Positions 9,359 through 19,754 of a stretch of 64,000 bases of DNA are shown here, piece by piece. Under the pieces are notes generated by a model. The model did no database searches. It worked only from the letters and a program-made list of their open reading frames with translations, and had not been told where the DNA came from. Made by a program: the position numbers and the translations under genes. Numbering within the stretch: the first letter of the stretch is position 1; each line of letters starts with the position of its first letter. The stretch spans positions 1,271,170-1,335,169 of the forward strand of contig CAVVJT010000007.1 of NCBI GenBank assembly GCA_963748625.1, given 5' to 3'. The stretch comes from an uncultured Chloroflexia bacterium (GTDB taxonomy: Bacteria > Chloroflexota > Limnocylindria > Limnocylindrales > CSP1-4).

Positions 9359-10593
9359 GGTGGGTGCGACTTCGTCACGTGGCTCGCGTCAATCCACCAT
9401 CTCCCGCCTTCGACAGGCTCGAGGCAGACCGCGCTGTCACGTTCCTGCCTCTGGAAGCGGTATGGCCCGGCGGCCGACTGGATACATCAAGAACTCGCCT
9501 GAAGAGCGAGGTTGTAACCGGGTTCACTCGATTCGAGCCCGGCGACATCTTGGTTCCCAAGATCACTCCCACATTCCAGGCCGATCGAACCGCGGTCGCT
9601 ATCGGGCTGTTGGGGCCTGCCGGAGCTGGAACCACCGAGTTGCACGTGGTTCGCCCGGGAGGCGAGATCGACCCCAAGTACCTTCTGTACTCGCTGTCTT
9701 CACGACACTTCCTGCGTGATGGCGAGGCAGCGATGTACGGGGTTGCGGGACAGCGGCGGGTGCCCGACGACTACATCCGAGACTTCCGCCTTGCGCTGCC
9801 TTCTCTCGCAACGCAACGGAATGTCGTTGCGTACTTGGACGCTGAGACCACGCGCCTCGACGGTCTAGTCACGGCCGAGCGCATGCGGATCGCGCTCTCC
9901 ATCGATCGAGTTCAGACCGTTCGCGAGTCGCTGGTACTGGGGCGCACCCCGCGGGAGGTGCTCAACGACCCAGACGGCCCATTGGGGCCCGCTCCCGCTG
10001 GCTGGTCCATGCTTCGGAACAAGATCTTCCTCCGGGAGGTCGCACAGTTGTCCAGCACTGGCCTCGAGGAGCTCCTCTCGGTGTCACATCTGACGGGAGT
10101 GACTCCCCGGTCGGAGAAGGACGTCACCATGTTTCTCGCGGAGAGCAACGCTGGATACAAGCTCGTTGAGCCGACGGATCTCGTCGTGAACACGATGTGG
10201 GCTTGGATGGGAGCCCTTGGCGTGTCGGCCTATGCCGGGATCGTGAGTCCTGCTTATGCGGTATATCGCTTCTTCGGACATGCGGTGCTGCCGCAGTACT
10301 TCGACGCTCTCGCCCGGTCCAGGGCCTACGTGGCTGAGATGACACGCTATTCGTCTGGCGTGTGGACGTCGCGATTGCGGATCTATCCAGATGCATTCCT
10401 CGCTCTGAGGAGCTTGGTTCCGCCCGTCCACGAACAGCGCCGAATTATCCACGCCCTTGATGAGCTCAGCGTGGAGCAGGAGCGACTGATCTCGCTCTTG
10501 ACACGTGCCGTCGACCTCCTCCTCGAGCGCCGCCAGGCGCTCATCACCGCCGCCGTGACAGGCCAGCTCGACATCCCAGGAGTCGCCGCGTGA
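9355..10593 (+). CDS. hsdS: type I R-M specificity subunit
   Basis: Two TRDs with conserved LPSLATQ..VVAYLD and PPVHEQRRI, terminal ERRQALITAAVTGQLD; GTGA overlap with hsdM. Confidence 0.92.
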   Translation: MRWVRLRHVARVNPPSPAFDRLEADRAVTFLPLEAVWPGGRLDTSRTRLKSEVVTGFTRFEPGDILVPKITPTFQADRTAVAIGLLGPAGAGTTELHVVRPGGEIDPKYLLYSLSSRHFLRDGEAAMYGVAGQRRVPDDYIRDFRLALPSLATQRNVVAYLDAETTRLDGLVTAERMRIALSIDRVQTVRESLVLGRTPREVLNDPDGPLGPAPAGWSMLRNKIFLREVAQLSSTGLEELLSVSHLTGVTPRSEKDVTMFLAESNAGYKLVEPTDLVVNTMWAWMGALGVSAYAGIVSPAYAVYRFFGHAVLPQYFDALARSRAYVAEMTRYSSGVWTSRLRIYPDAFLALRSLVPPVHEQRRIIHALDELSVEQERLISLLTRAVDLLLERRQALITAAVTGQLDIPGVAA

Positions 10594-13578
10594 AGGCAGA
10601 CGAGCGCGGGTTCGAGGACGCCATCACGGCGTCGCTCGTCGAGGCCGGTGGGTACAGTGTTTGCAAGTGGGGCACCAGGGCCGAGTGGGCGGCCGACTTC
10701 GACCGCGCTCGCGCGCTCGACACCGCCGAGCTGTTCGTGTTCCTTGCCGAGACGCAACCCAAGGCATGGGAGCGCCTGGTGGCCGTCCACGGCGGCGAGG
10801 CCGGTGCACGGGCCCAGTTCGCAGACCGCCTCGCGAAGCAGATCGACGAGCGCGGCACGGTCGACGTCCTGCGCCACGGCGTCAACGACCACGGGATCGA
10901 GGTGCGCCTCGCGTACTTCCGGCCGGCGCACGGCCTGACCCCCGAGCTCACGCACCTGTACGAGGCCAACCGGCTCACCGTCACCCGCCAGCTGCCCGTA
11001 CGAGCCCGCCGGCACCAAGACCCTCGATCTCGCCCTGTTCGTCAACGGCATCCCGGTCGCCACGGCCGAGCTCAAGAACCCACTCACCCACCAGACCGTC
11101 GAGCACGCGAAGCACCAGTACCGGACCGACCGCAACCCCGCGAACCGGACCTTCCGCAATGCCCTCGTCCACTTCGCGGTCGACCCCGACACCGTCGAGA
11201 TGACGACGCGGCTGGATGGGCCCAAGACCCGGTTCCTGCCCTTCAACCGGGGCAACGCCGGCGGACGGGGCAACCCGCCCGACCCGACGGGGCACCGCAC
11301 CCGGTACCTGTGGGAGGAGCTCTGGGCGCGCGACGCCTGGCTCGACATCCTCGCCCGCTTCATCCACGTCATCCCGGGCGAAGGCGCCACCAAGCAGGCG
11401 AAGCTGCGCGCGGGCACGGTCATCTTCCCCCGCTACCACCAGTGGGACGCCGTCCGCCGGCTGGAGGCCACGGCGCGCGCCGAGGGTCCGGGCCACAGCT
11501 ACCTCGTCCAGCACTCCGCGGGCTCGGGCAAGAGCAACACGATCGCCTGGCTCGCGCACCGCCTGATGAGCCTCCACGGCGCCGATGACAGGCCCGTGTT
11601 CGACAAGGTGGTCGTCATCACTGACCGGGTGATCCTCGACCGCCAGCTCCAGGAGACGATCTACCAGTTCGAGCACGCGACGGGCGTCGTCGCCCGGATC
11701 GACCAGGACTCGGGCCAGCTCGCGGACATGCTCAAGGGCGAGCAGGGCCGGATCGTCATCACGACGCTCCAGAAGTTCCCGTTCATCCTCGACAAGGTCG
11801 CAGAGCTCGGGAAGCGGCGGTTCGCTGTCATCGTCGACGAGGCGCACTCCTCCCAGACCGGCGAGGCCGCCAAGGGCCTGCGTGAGGCGCTCGGGTCCGC
11901 GTCGGCGGAGGCCGCGCTCGCCGCCGCGGAGGTCGCTGACGCGAAGGACGCCCCGGCCGACCCGCAGGACGCGCTCGCAGCCTCGGTCGCCGCGCGCGGC
12001 CGCCAGCCCAACATGAGCTTCTTCGCCTTCACCGCGACCCCCAAGGCCCGCACCCTCGAGCTGTTCGGGCGCACCGACGCCGACGGCAACTACGCCCCCT
12101 TCCACCTCTACTCGATGCGCCAGGCGATCGAGGAGGGCTTCATCCTCGACGTGCTCGCCAACTACACGACGTACGCCGTGTACTGGAAGGTGGGCAAGGC
12201 GGTCGAGACGGACCCCGAGTACGACAGCCGGCGCGCGAAGGTCTCGATCGCGCGCTGGGCCTCGCTCCACCCGCACAACCTCGCCCAGAAGGCCGAGCTC
12301 GTCGTCGAGCACTCCCGCGACCACACCCGCCACAAGATCGGCGGGAAGGGCAAGGCGATGGTCGTGACGTCCTCGCGCCTCCACGCCGTCCGCTACAAGC
12401 AGGCGATCGACACCTACATCGCGTCGAAGGGGTACGCGGACACGAAGGCGCTGGTCGCCTTCTCGGGCACCGTCGGCGACGGCGGGCTCGACTGGACCGA
12501 GGCGTCCATGAACGGCGTCCCCGAGAGCCAGACCGCCGAGACGTTCGCCGGCCCCGACTACGGCGTGCTCGTGGTCGCCGAGAAGTTCCAGACCGGCTAC
12601 GACCAGCCGCTCCTGCACACGATGTTCGTGGACAAGGTGCTCACCGGCCTCAACGCCGTCCAGACCCTGTCGCGGCTCAATCGGATCCACCCCGACAAGA
12701 CCGACACGTTCGTCCTCGACTTCCGCAACGAGGCGGAGGCGATCACCGAGGCCTTCGAGCCCTGGTGCGAGGCGACGGTCGCGGTCCCCACCGACCCCAA
12801 CACCCTCCACGACATGGCGGACCGGCTCCTCGGGCTCCAGGTCATCGACATGACCGAGGCGAAGGCGATCGCGGCACTCATCGCGGACCGCACCGTCAAG
12901 GCGGGCGACCACGGCACGATCTACGCGCTGCTGGCGGCACCCGTCGAGCGGTTCAAGGCCATGGAGCCCGCGGACCAGCACGAGGTCCGCGATGCGCTCG
13001 ACGCCTACGTGCGCGCCTACGCGTTCCTCAGCCAGGTGGTCGAGTTCGGCGACGTCGGCCTCGAGGCGGTCTACCTTGCCTCACGCGCTCTCGCGGCGGA
13101 GCTGCCGTCCGACGGCGGCGGGGTGCTCGACCTCGGTGCCGAGGTGCAGCTCACGCACCTGCGCATCGAGAAGACCTCGGAGGGCTCGATCACCCCCGAC
13201 GGCGGCTACGGCCCGATCGAGTCGCTGTACTCAGGGCAGGGCAGGCAGGTCGCCGAGGAGAAGGCGCACCTGTCCACGATCATCGAGGTCCTCAACGAGC
13301 GCTTCGGCACCGTGCTGGGCACCGCGGACCAGCTCTTCTTCGACCAGCTCGAGGAGACCTGGATGGCCGACGACCACCTGGTCGCCCAGGCGCAGGCCAA
13401 CCCGATCGAGAACTTCCGCCTCGTGTTCCAGCCCCAGTTCCTGAAGAGCATCGTGGGCCGGATGGACGACAACGAGGACATCTTCAAGCGCGTCGTGGAC
13501 GACCCGGACTTCCAGACCGCGGTGATGAACCACTACTTGGCCCGGGTCTTCGAGCGGGCACGTGCCAACGTCGGTTGA
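10590..13578 (+). CDS. hsdR: type I R-M restriction subunit (frameshift near 11,000)
   Basis: LFVNGIPVATAELKN, QHSAGSGKS, IVDEAHSSQ, FTATPK, KFQTGYDQP, QTLSRLNR. Confidence 0.93.
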
Positions 13579-13677
13579 GGCCTGCATGAGCACCGAGTTC
13601 GCGCGACTAGCTGAGCGCCCTTCTGGGGCCAGTGGCGAGTCACCTAGCGAGCGCAGGAACAGCGCCGGCGGAGGGTC

Positions 13678-14898
13678 ATGGTGAGCACGCCGCCCCATCT
13701 CTTGGCGCAGGAGCACGGAGTGCTCGGGGAGGCTCGTGTTCGCGCCTTCCTGCTGGAACGCTTCTGGGTGCACACGCGATCCATCGACCTTGATGGCGCT
13801 GACTTCCTCATCCAGGCCCGAGAACCAGCCGAACGTGACCCGAATGCACGCGTTCGCCTCGGTCGGGTGCAGGTGAAATTCGTTCAGAACGATCGAACGC
13901 CTATCTACATCCCCAAAGCCTACGTCTTCGACCGGCTCGGCCTCCCCAGCAAGCTGTTCTTCTTGGTGATCTCAACTGGGACAGGAAGGAGCGCTCAACT
14001 CTTCCTGCTCGACGGCGAGCAGATAGCGCGGTGCTCTGCGCCGAAGACCCCTCCACCGGACCGGATCCGGATCGGGATGCGAGCGGTCTTGGAGAGTCAG
14101 GAGTTCGTGGTCACGGACTCCCGCGTGGCCCTTGAGCGCATGGAACAGGCTCTGCGGACGGTCGATCGCGACCGGTACGCGGCGTTCCTCGGCGCCTCAT
14201 TCCCGGAGCGGGGGCGCCTCAAGCCTGAGTATCTCCACCCGCTCCATGTAGACGAGGATCGGCTCGACAGGGCACTGGCCCGAATCCAGCGCGAGTTCGG
14301 CTCCATGGCGTGGGAGCTTGAGGCGGCTGCCGAGCTCCTCAGGCGCGCTGAGGCATCAGGCGACCTCCTCGAGATCGAGTCGATCTTGGACCAGGCAGAA
14401 GTCGCCGACCACATCTTGCCGGTTGGCTACGGAGACTTTCGGGTTGGGTTCAGCTCGAATCCTGGCAGGCTGGACGATCTGTTCGATGAGGTGCGCCGAT
14501 ATCGAGCTCGCGTCGAGCGGCTGGCAGGAGCCCACCTCCTGGCGCCGTTCGCAACCCTCGTTGGCGAGATCGAGGCCTCGCTCATCCGGGAGTTGCGCCG
14601 CTGCGGGAGCGCAGCGGCCGGCGAGGCTCTCGGCTGCAAGATCGAGTTCGACGGACAGACGTTCACCTTTCGATCGATGTCCTTCCATGAGGAGGTCACG
14701 GCACCGCTTGGTGGATCCTTCACCCTAAGCTCGCCCGGCCTAGTAGTGGGCCGCTTCCGAGTACCCGAGTACCCGCAGGCATCTCGGCCCAATCAGATCT
14801 CGAAGGAGACCACCTGGGAGGAATTCCTGGCCGTTGAGGCAGGCGAACTCGCGATCTGGATCGGTAAGGTCGTGGAAACAGCGCGGTTCGGCGACTAG
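13678..14898 (+). CDS. DUF4365-like PD-(D/E)XK nuclease domain protein
   Basis: GEARVRAFL...DLDGADFLIQ...VQVK N-terminal nuclease motif. Confidence 0.65.
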   Translation: MVSTPPHLLAQEHGVLGEARVRAFLLERFWVHTRSIDLDGADFLIQAREPAERDPNARVRLGRVQVKFVQNDRTPIYIPKAYVFDRLGLPSKLFFLVISTGTGRSAQLFLLDGEQIARCSAPKTPPPDRIRIGMRAVLESQEFVVTDSRVALERMEQALRTVDRDRYAAFLGASFPERGRLKPEYLHPLHVDEDRLDRALARIQREFGSMAWELEAAAELLRRAEASGDLLEIESILDQAEVADHILPVGYGDFRVGFSSNPGRLDDLFDEVRRYRARVERLAGAHLLAPFATLVGEIEASLIRELRRCGSAAAGEALGCKIEFDGQTFTFRSMSFHEEVTAPLGGSFTLSSPGLVVGRFRVPEYPQASRPNQISKETTWEEFLAVEAGELAIWIGKVVETARFGD

Positions 14899-14973
14899 CC
14901 AGCGGACGCCCCCGAAGGGTCGCTCGGTGTCTATCTTTGCCGCAATGCCACCTGCGTCATAGACTGAAGATAG

Positions 14974-16659
14974 ATGGCCCAGAAGCTACCGACTCCCGGA
15001 ACTCTGACCGCCGCCCGACTTCGGCGGCTGATCCGCGCGGGCGAGAACGACCTTGTCGAGTTCAAGGGCGAGCGCGCCTCCATCGCTGACATCGTCGATG
15101 CTGTCGTGTGCTTTGCGAACGGTGACGGCGGCCTCGTCCTCTGGGGCGTTGGCGACGACGGGGCGATCGAGGGCACCAACCTGCGCGATCCGCAGGCGCT
15201 CCGCAAGGGCGTGTTCAACGGGACGTCGCCGTCCCAGCTTGTGGAGGTCCAGGAACTCCTCGTCGATGCCAAGAAGGTCATCGGCGCCTGGGTCGAGCAC
15301 TCGCCGGTCCTCGTGTCCACCACGAGAGGCTCGTACACGCAGCGCGTCGGTGCCGACTGTCTGCCGATGACGCCAGACCGGCTTGTGGTTCGCCAGATCG
15401 ACACGCGTGCGCTGGATGTCTCGTCGGCCGTAACGCCTGTCGATCTGGACGGGATCGATCTTGTCGAGGTCGAGAGGTTTCGCCGGCTGCTGCCGTCGGA
15501 CGAGGCCGGAGAAGGACTGCGCCGACTGGAGATGCCGGCCCTGCTTGCCGCGATCGGGGCCACCGCGAAGGTTCGCGGCCGGACGGATGCCGTAACTGTT
15601 GCCGGACTCCTCATCTTCGGTCGCGAGGAGGAAATCCGAGCGGTCATCCCTCAGCACCAAGTGGTCTACGTTCGCTCGCCCGAGGGAACAACGGACTACG
15701 AGCGTCGCGTGGTTTCCTCCCAGCCGATCCTGCGGCTCCTCGAGCAGCTGAGTCTGGAGATTTCGGCCGCTGGCAAGTCCCGCACACTGCGCGTGGGTCC
15801 TCGCGACCTGGAACTCCCGGACTACCCAGAGCGGGTCCTGCGCGAAGCGATCATCAATGCAGTGGCGCACCGGCACTACACGCTTCCCGGCGACATCGTC
15901 ATCCGCCAGACGTCCGTTTCGCTCGAGATCGAGAATCCCGGAGGCTTCCCGGAGGGTATTGACCCCGACAGCGTCATCCAGCACGCTCCCGTACATCGGA
16001 ATCGCCTGCTCTGCGAGCTGCTGGATCGCGTCCGCGTCATGGAGCGCTCTGGCCTCGGCGTGGATCGCATCTTCGAGGATCAGCTCAAGTTCGGCAAGGT
16101 TCCTCCGACGTATGAAGCCGACCGCAACTCCGTCCGGCTGCGTCTTGATGCACGCGAGTTCGACGAGTCGTTCGCACGCATGGTGTTCAACGAGGAGCAG
16201 GCAGGAAGGCGATGGCGCGTCGAAGACCTCCTTGTCCTCTCGCACCTGCGGCGCATGGGACCATCAGATCGGGCGGTTCTCGCGAGGGTAATGCAGCGAC
16301 CGGAGCGCGATGCGCAGGACATCCTCACGAGTTTGCTGGGCGAGCTTGTCGTCCGATTTGGCGCCGGGCCGGGCACCAAGTACGTGCTCAGCGCCCAAGC
16401 CCAGGCGAGCCTCGGCGCGGAGGGTGCGTATACGCGCGAGCGCGGGCTCGCGAAGGAGACGCAGCGGCGCCTAGTGCTTCAACATGCCATCGAGTTCGGC
16501 CGTGTGGACAACAAGGCGGTCAGGGAGATGCTCCAGATATCGGCCCGCGACGCGACGCAGCTCCTCCTCGCGCTCGAGGCACGCGGCCAGTTAGTGATGC
16601 GCGGAGCGAGGCGATGGGCCTACTACGAGCCCGTGGACCAGCAGACGCTTCCTCTATGA
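14974..16659 (+). CDS. AlbA_2/Schlafen + HATPase_c_4 + wHTH protein
   Basis: GENDLVEFK, FANGDGGLVLWGVGD, LREAIINAVAHRHY, IENPGG, RNRLL, MERSGLG. Confidence 0.88.
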   Translation: MAQKLPTPGTLTAARLRRLIRAGENDLVEFKGERASIADIVDAVVCFANGDGGLVLWGVGDDGAIEGTNLRDPQALRKGVFNGTSPSQLVEVQELLVDAKKVIGAWVEHSPVLVSTTRGSYTQRVGADCLPMTPDRLVVRQIDTRALDVSSAVTPVDLDGIDLVEVERFRRLLPSDEAGEGLRRLEMPALLAAIGATAKVRGRTDAVTVAGLLIFGREEEIRAVIPQHQVVYVRSPEGTTDYERRVVSSQPILRLLEQLSLEISAAGKSRTLRVGPRDLELPDYPERVLREAIINAVAHRHYTLPGDIVIRQTSVSLEIENPGGFPEGIDPDSVIQHAPVHRNRLLCELLDRVRVMERSGLGVDRIFEDQLKFGKVPPTYEADRNSVRLRLDAREFDESFARMVFNEEQAGRRWRVEDLLVLSHLRRMGPSDRAVLARVMQRPERDAQDILTSLLGELVVRFGAGPGTKYVLSAQAQASLGAEGAYTRERGLAKETQRRLVLQHAIEFGRVDNKAVREMLQISARDATQLLLALEARGQLVMRGARRWAYYEPVDQQTLPL

Positions 16660-17084
16660 CATGGCTCTAACTTGGCGCGACATAGACCGAAGATAGGCTC
16701 GAGTCGCGGTACGGCCGACACTCGAGGTACAGATCGCGGTCCGGGGAACTCGTATGCCAGGCGACGCGCCAAATTGGGGGATCCTGTGTATGGACCTCCT
16801 TGGTTCGATGTGGCACGATGCGGTCCGCTAGGGAGTCTGGCCATGGCTCTGAGCGCTGAGCCCCATCCCGGCGCACCAGGGGACACACATCGGATGTCCA
16901 CGGAACATCGTCCGATCACAGCGACGACGCGGGTGTCGATCCTTCCGTTCGGCCGGAGTGAACTACGGATCACCGAGAGTCCGATGGCTCCCGTCAAGGA
17001 CTCCCCCGAGATGATCCGCCGCCTCCCTGAGGTGACGTTGAAGACACATTTGGTGCGGCCGGCCGTGCGGGCAATCCGACAGGG

Positions 17085-18269
17085 CTAGATTCCGGACCAG
17101 CCCTCGACGGCAGACCAGCCCTGACTATTGACGCGCCCCACGATGCCGCTCGTTGGCGCTTGTTTTCGGATCTCCTCGTTCACGAGACCCGGGATTGCCT
17201 GCTGAGCCTGGCCTAGTAGCGCCTGAAGAATCTCGCCAGTCTGAGCCGGGATCGACGCTGGGTCCAGTCCGGGCGGGAGGTTCAAGCTCAGCTGCAGATT
17301 GAGATTCAGCGACGGCATGGACCGGGTTCGCGAGACAGTCATCTGCCCACCGATCCTGTGTGCCATGTTGACGGACTCGATTGCCCCAAGGATCACGTCG
17401 GCCCTCGCCTCATCGCCGTCCCCGAGAAGGGCCAGAGGGTCGAGCGGCTCGCGAGTAGAACACAGCTCCTCGTAAGCCTCCAGCAGCGACCAGACAATTG
17501 TCTCGGTCTCGTCGTCGGGCCGAACGATCTTCAGGCCGATCGCCTCGGCCTCACGGCGGCCGATTGCGTGCCCGTGCTGATAGGTCTTCTCCGCAAGCAT
17601 CTCGATCACGGATGCAATCGTCTGCTCTTCAAGCCGCTCGCCCTCGGCGCGCGACGTGAGGAGTTTCCTGGCGACATCTCGGATATGCGAGTGCGCGCGA
17701 TTGATCTGACCGAGGATCACCGGGTCGACGCGCTGGGCAAGGGCTGCGAATGGAGCGGCGAGGGCCGCCTGGTCCGAGAGGCCGACACGCTCCCGGATCA
17801 ATCGGAGGTAGGACATGATGTCCTCTACCGCGACCTGATCCTGGACTGGCGTCTCGCCTTCCCGGCCACGTTGAATGCCGAGTTGCGGATCGATTGGGCC
17901 AAGTTCGCCCTTCGGCCCCATGACTATCTCGTCAGCCCCGATAGCGATCATGGTCGCTGCGCTCATCGCTTTGTACGGCACGATCACCGAGAACCTCTTC
18001 GCGTACTCTCGGATCATGGTGACCATCCGCCACGGGACGTCCGTGAGTCCGCCGGTGGAGTACAGGAAGAGGTCAACCGCCTCGCACTGGCCCACGGTGC
18101 GCAGGTGGTCGTACAGCGGACGGACGGCGTCCTCGGCGACCTGCGCCTGCGCGCCCTGCCGGTCACTGAGCACGTAGGTGACGACGTGACTGCCCCGACG
18201 CGCCCCAAGTTCCCGCAGCAGACGGCGACGATTCGCGGCCCCTGCATCGACCGGTACCAAAGCCCGCAT
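17085..18269 (-). CDS. ClpP-class (SDH/SppA-like) serine protease
   Basis: DLFLYSTGG, AMSAATMIAIGADEIVMG, LGPIDPQ, HGHAIGRREA. Confidence 0.85.
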   Translation of the reverse strand: MRALVPVDAGAANRRRLLRELGARRGSHVVTYVLSDRQGAQAQVAEDAVRPLYDHLRTVGQCEAVDLFLYSTGGLTDVPWRMVTMIREYAKRFSVIVPYKAMSAATMIAIGADEIVMGPKGELGPIDPQLGIQRGREGETPVQDQVAVEDIMSYLRLIRERVGLSDQAALAAPFAALAQRVDPVILGQINRAHSHIRDVARKLLTSRAEGERLEEQTIASVIEMLAEKTYQHGHAIGRREAEAIGLKIVRPDDETETIVWSLLEAYEELCSTREPLDPLALLGDGDEARADVILGAIESVNMAHRIGGQMTVSRTRSMPSLNLNLQLSLNLPPGLDPASIPAQTGEILQALLGQAQQAIPGLVNEEIRKQAPTSGIVGRVNSQGWSAVEGWSGI

Positions 18270-18398
18270 ATCCCCACCTACTAACACTGAGTGACCGTCA
18301 GGTCGCGGATCACCACGACCCGCAGCTCGCTCAGTCTCACCCACGATGATGGCATACGTAGGCGAGCCTTATCCGCAAGGAAACGTACACAATTCATC

Positions 18399-18427
18399 TT
18401 GACGGACGTCCACAGTCGGCGCAGATT
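18399..18427 (+). promoter_or_regulatory. putative sigma70 promoter for a leaderless transcript, palindrome GGACGTCC at 18404-18411
   Basis: TTGACG-N17-CAGATT, 6 nt before ATG 18434, no RBS. Confidence 0.45.
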
Positions 18428-18433
18428 CCCGGC

Positions 18434-18739
18434 ATGCAGAACGTGATTGGCATCCGGACTCTTCGGCGGGGCGTCAACGAGGCGCTCCTGCGCGTGGTGC
18501 GTGGCGAGACGATCGTCCTCGTGCGGCACGGGCGCCCGGTCGCCATCCTCCGGCCGCTCGCCGAGGGTGAGACCCACCGGCGCATCTCCGTGACCACCTT
18601 CCGCCGCAACCTGCGCCGCGCGGTCATCGTGTCCCACCGCCGACCCCTCATGCTCACCTGGTACGGCGACGGGGCCGCGGTGCTCGCACCGGTCCCGCGC
18701 GACCTTGAACTCGAGTACGAAGAGGACGACCTCCTGTGA
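18434..18739 (+). CDS. tandem Phd/YefM-domain protein
   Basis: IGIRTLR...GETIVLVRHGRPVAILRP and ISVTTFRRNL...PLMLTWYGDGAAVLAP. Confidence 0.75.
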   Translation: MQNVIGIRTLRRGVNEALLRVVRGETIVLVRHGRPVAILRPLAEGETHRRISVTTFRRNLRRAVIVSHRRPLMLTWYGDGAAVLAPVPRDLELEYEEDDLL

Positions 18740-19335
18740 CAGCCGGCGGAATGATCCAGGCGCTGGGGATGCGCGAGGTCCGCGCGAACATCCGCGCGGT
18801 GGTGGCACGCGTGGAGGCGGGCGAGGCGCTCGTCGTCCTGCGCGACGGCCAGCCGACCGCGGTGATGCTCGCGTTCGACGAGGCGCAGCGCTGGCAGCAG
18901 ATCGAGCGCGGCCTCGCCGCCCTCCACGGCCTGGAGCTGTACCCGGAGCTCGCGCGGGACACCGCAGAGCTCGCCCGCCTGGTGCGCCGCGAGGTGCGGC
19001 CGAAGGCAGCCGACGTGCGCCGCCTGGCCGAGCTGCCGCGGGACATCCTGGCGCCGCTGCGGACGATGGGCGTCACGGATGCGCGGACGGGCTTCGCCGG
19101 GATGCTCGACGAGATCACGGCCGGGCGGACCATGACGATCGTCTCGGGCGGCCGCTTTGCGGTGACCCTCGTGGCGCCGCGCGAGTTTGACCGCCTGCGC
19201 GCGCTCGACCGCACGGTCGGCTGGTTCCGCTCCGCCGGCCTGGACCTCGCCACTGCCGACGACCAGGCTGTGAGCGCGTTCGTACACGACTTCGCCGCGC
19301 GACCCGCGGCATCCGACATCGCGGCCGCCGGGTAG
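18736..19335 (+). CDS. tandem Phd/YefM-domain protein
   Basis: LGMREVRANI...GEALVVLRDGQPTAVM and MGVTDARTGF...GRTMTIVSGGRFAVTLV. Confidence 0.75.
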   Translation: MTAGGMIQALGMREVRANIRAVVARVEAGEALVVLRDGQPTAVMLAFDEAQRWQQIERGLAALHGLELYPELARDTAELARLVRREVRPKAADVRRLAELPRDILAPLRTMGVTDARTGFAGMLDEITAGRTMTIVSGGRFAVTLVAPREFDRLRALDRTVGWFRSAGLDLATADDQAVSAFVHDFAARPAASDIAAAG

Positions 19336-19343
19336 GGCTGGCC

Positions 19344-19742
19344 ATGCAACGGGGGACCCGCACCATGCCGCATCTGCCGCGCATTCCACGGACACTCGCG
19401 ATCCTCGGCGCCGTGGGACTGCTCTGGCTCGTCGGGGCCTCGCCGAGCCTCGCCGCCTCGGTGCCGGCCGGCGCCCGGGAGGCGCTCGCGCCGGTGACCA
19501 AGATGATCGCGACGCTGGTGGCGATCGCCATCGGCCTCGGGATCGCGGTCTGCGGGGCGGTGATCGTGTGGGGCGGGATCGAGAAGACGCTCGCAGGCGC
19601 GAACCAGGACGCGGAGCACCGCGCGGCGAGACGGATCCAGAACGGAATCCACGGCCTCGTCTGGATGATCCTGGCGTCCGTGATCGTGACGACGATCACC
19701 GCGATCGCCGTCGCCTACGGGCTCATCGACAAGCCCTTCTGA
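19344..19742 (+). CDS. TrbC/VirB2-like conjugative pilin
   Basis: Signal-like N-terminus, two TM helices separated by a charged AARRIQNGIHGL loop. Confidence 0.65.
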   Translation: MQRGTRTMPHLPRIPRTLAILGAVGLLWLVGASPSLAASVPAGAREALAPVTKMIATLVAIAIGLGIAVCGAVIVWGGIEKTLAGANQDAEHRAARRIQNGIHGLVWMILASVIVTTITAIAVAYGLIDKPF

Positions 19743-19754
19743 CCCACCAGACCC

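Noticed and set aside
10981-12981. Long antisense ORFs (also 18654-20957, 20213-22372, 38017-39495, 61829-63193)
   Set aside because: Shadow ORFs opposite well-supported genes in GC-rich DNA; no motifs.
16672-16772. Third att core (TTGGCGCG)
   Set aside because: Only 8-9 nt match, with no T-arm sequence.
18434-19335. Classical type II toxin-antitoxin pair
   Set aside because: Both genes have Phd-like domains only; no PIN, RelE or Fic motif.
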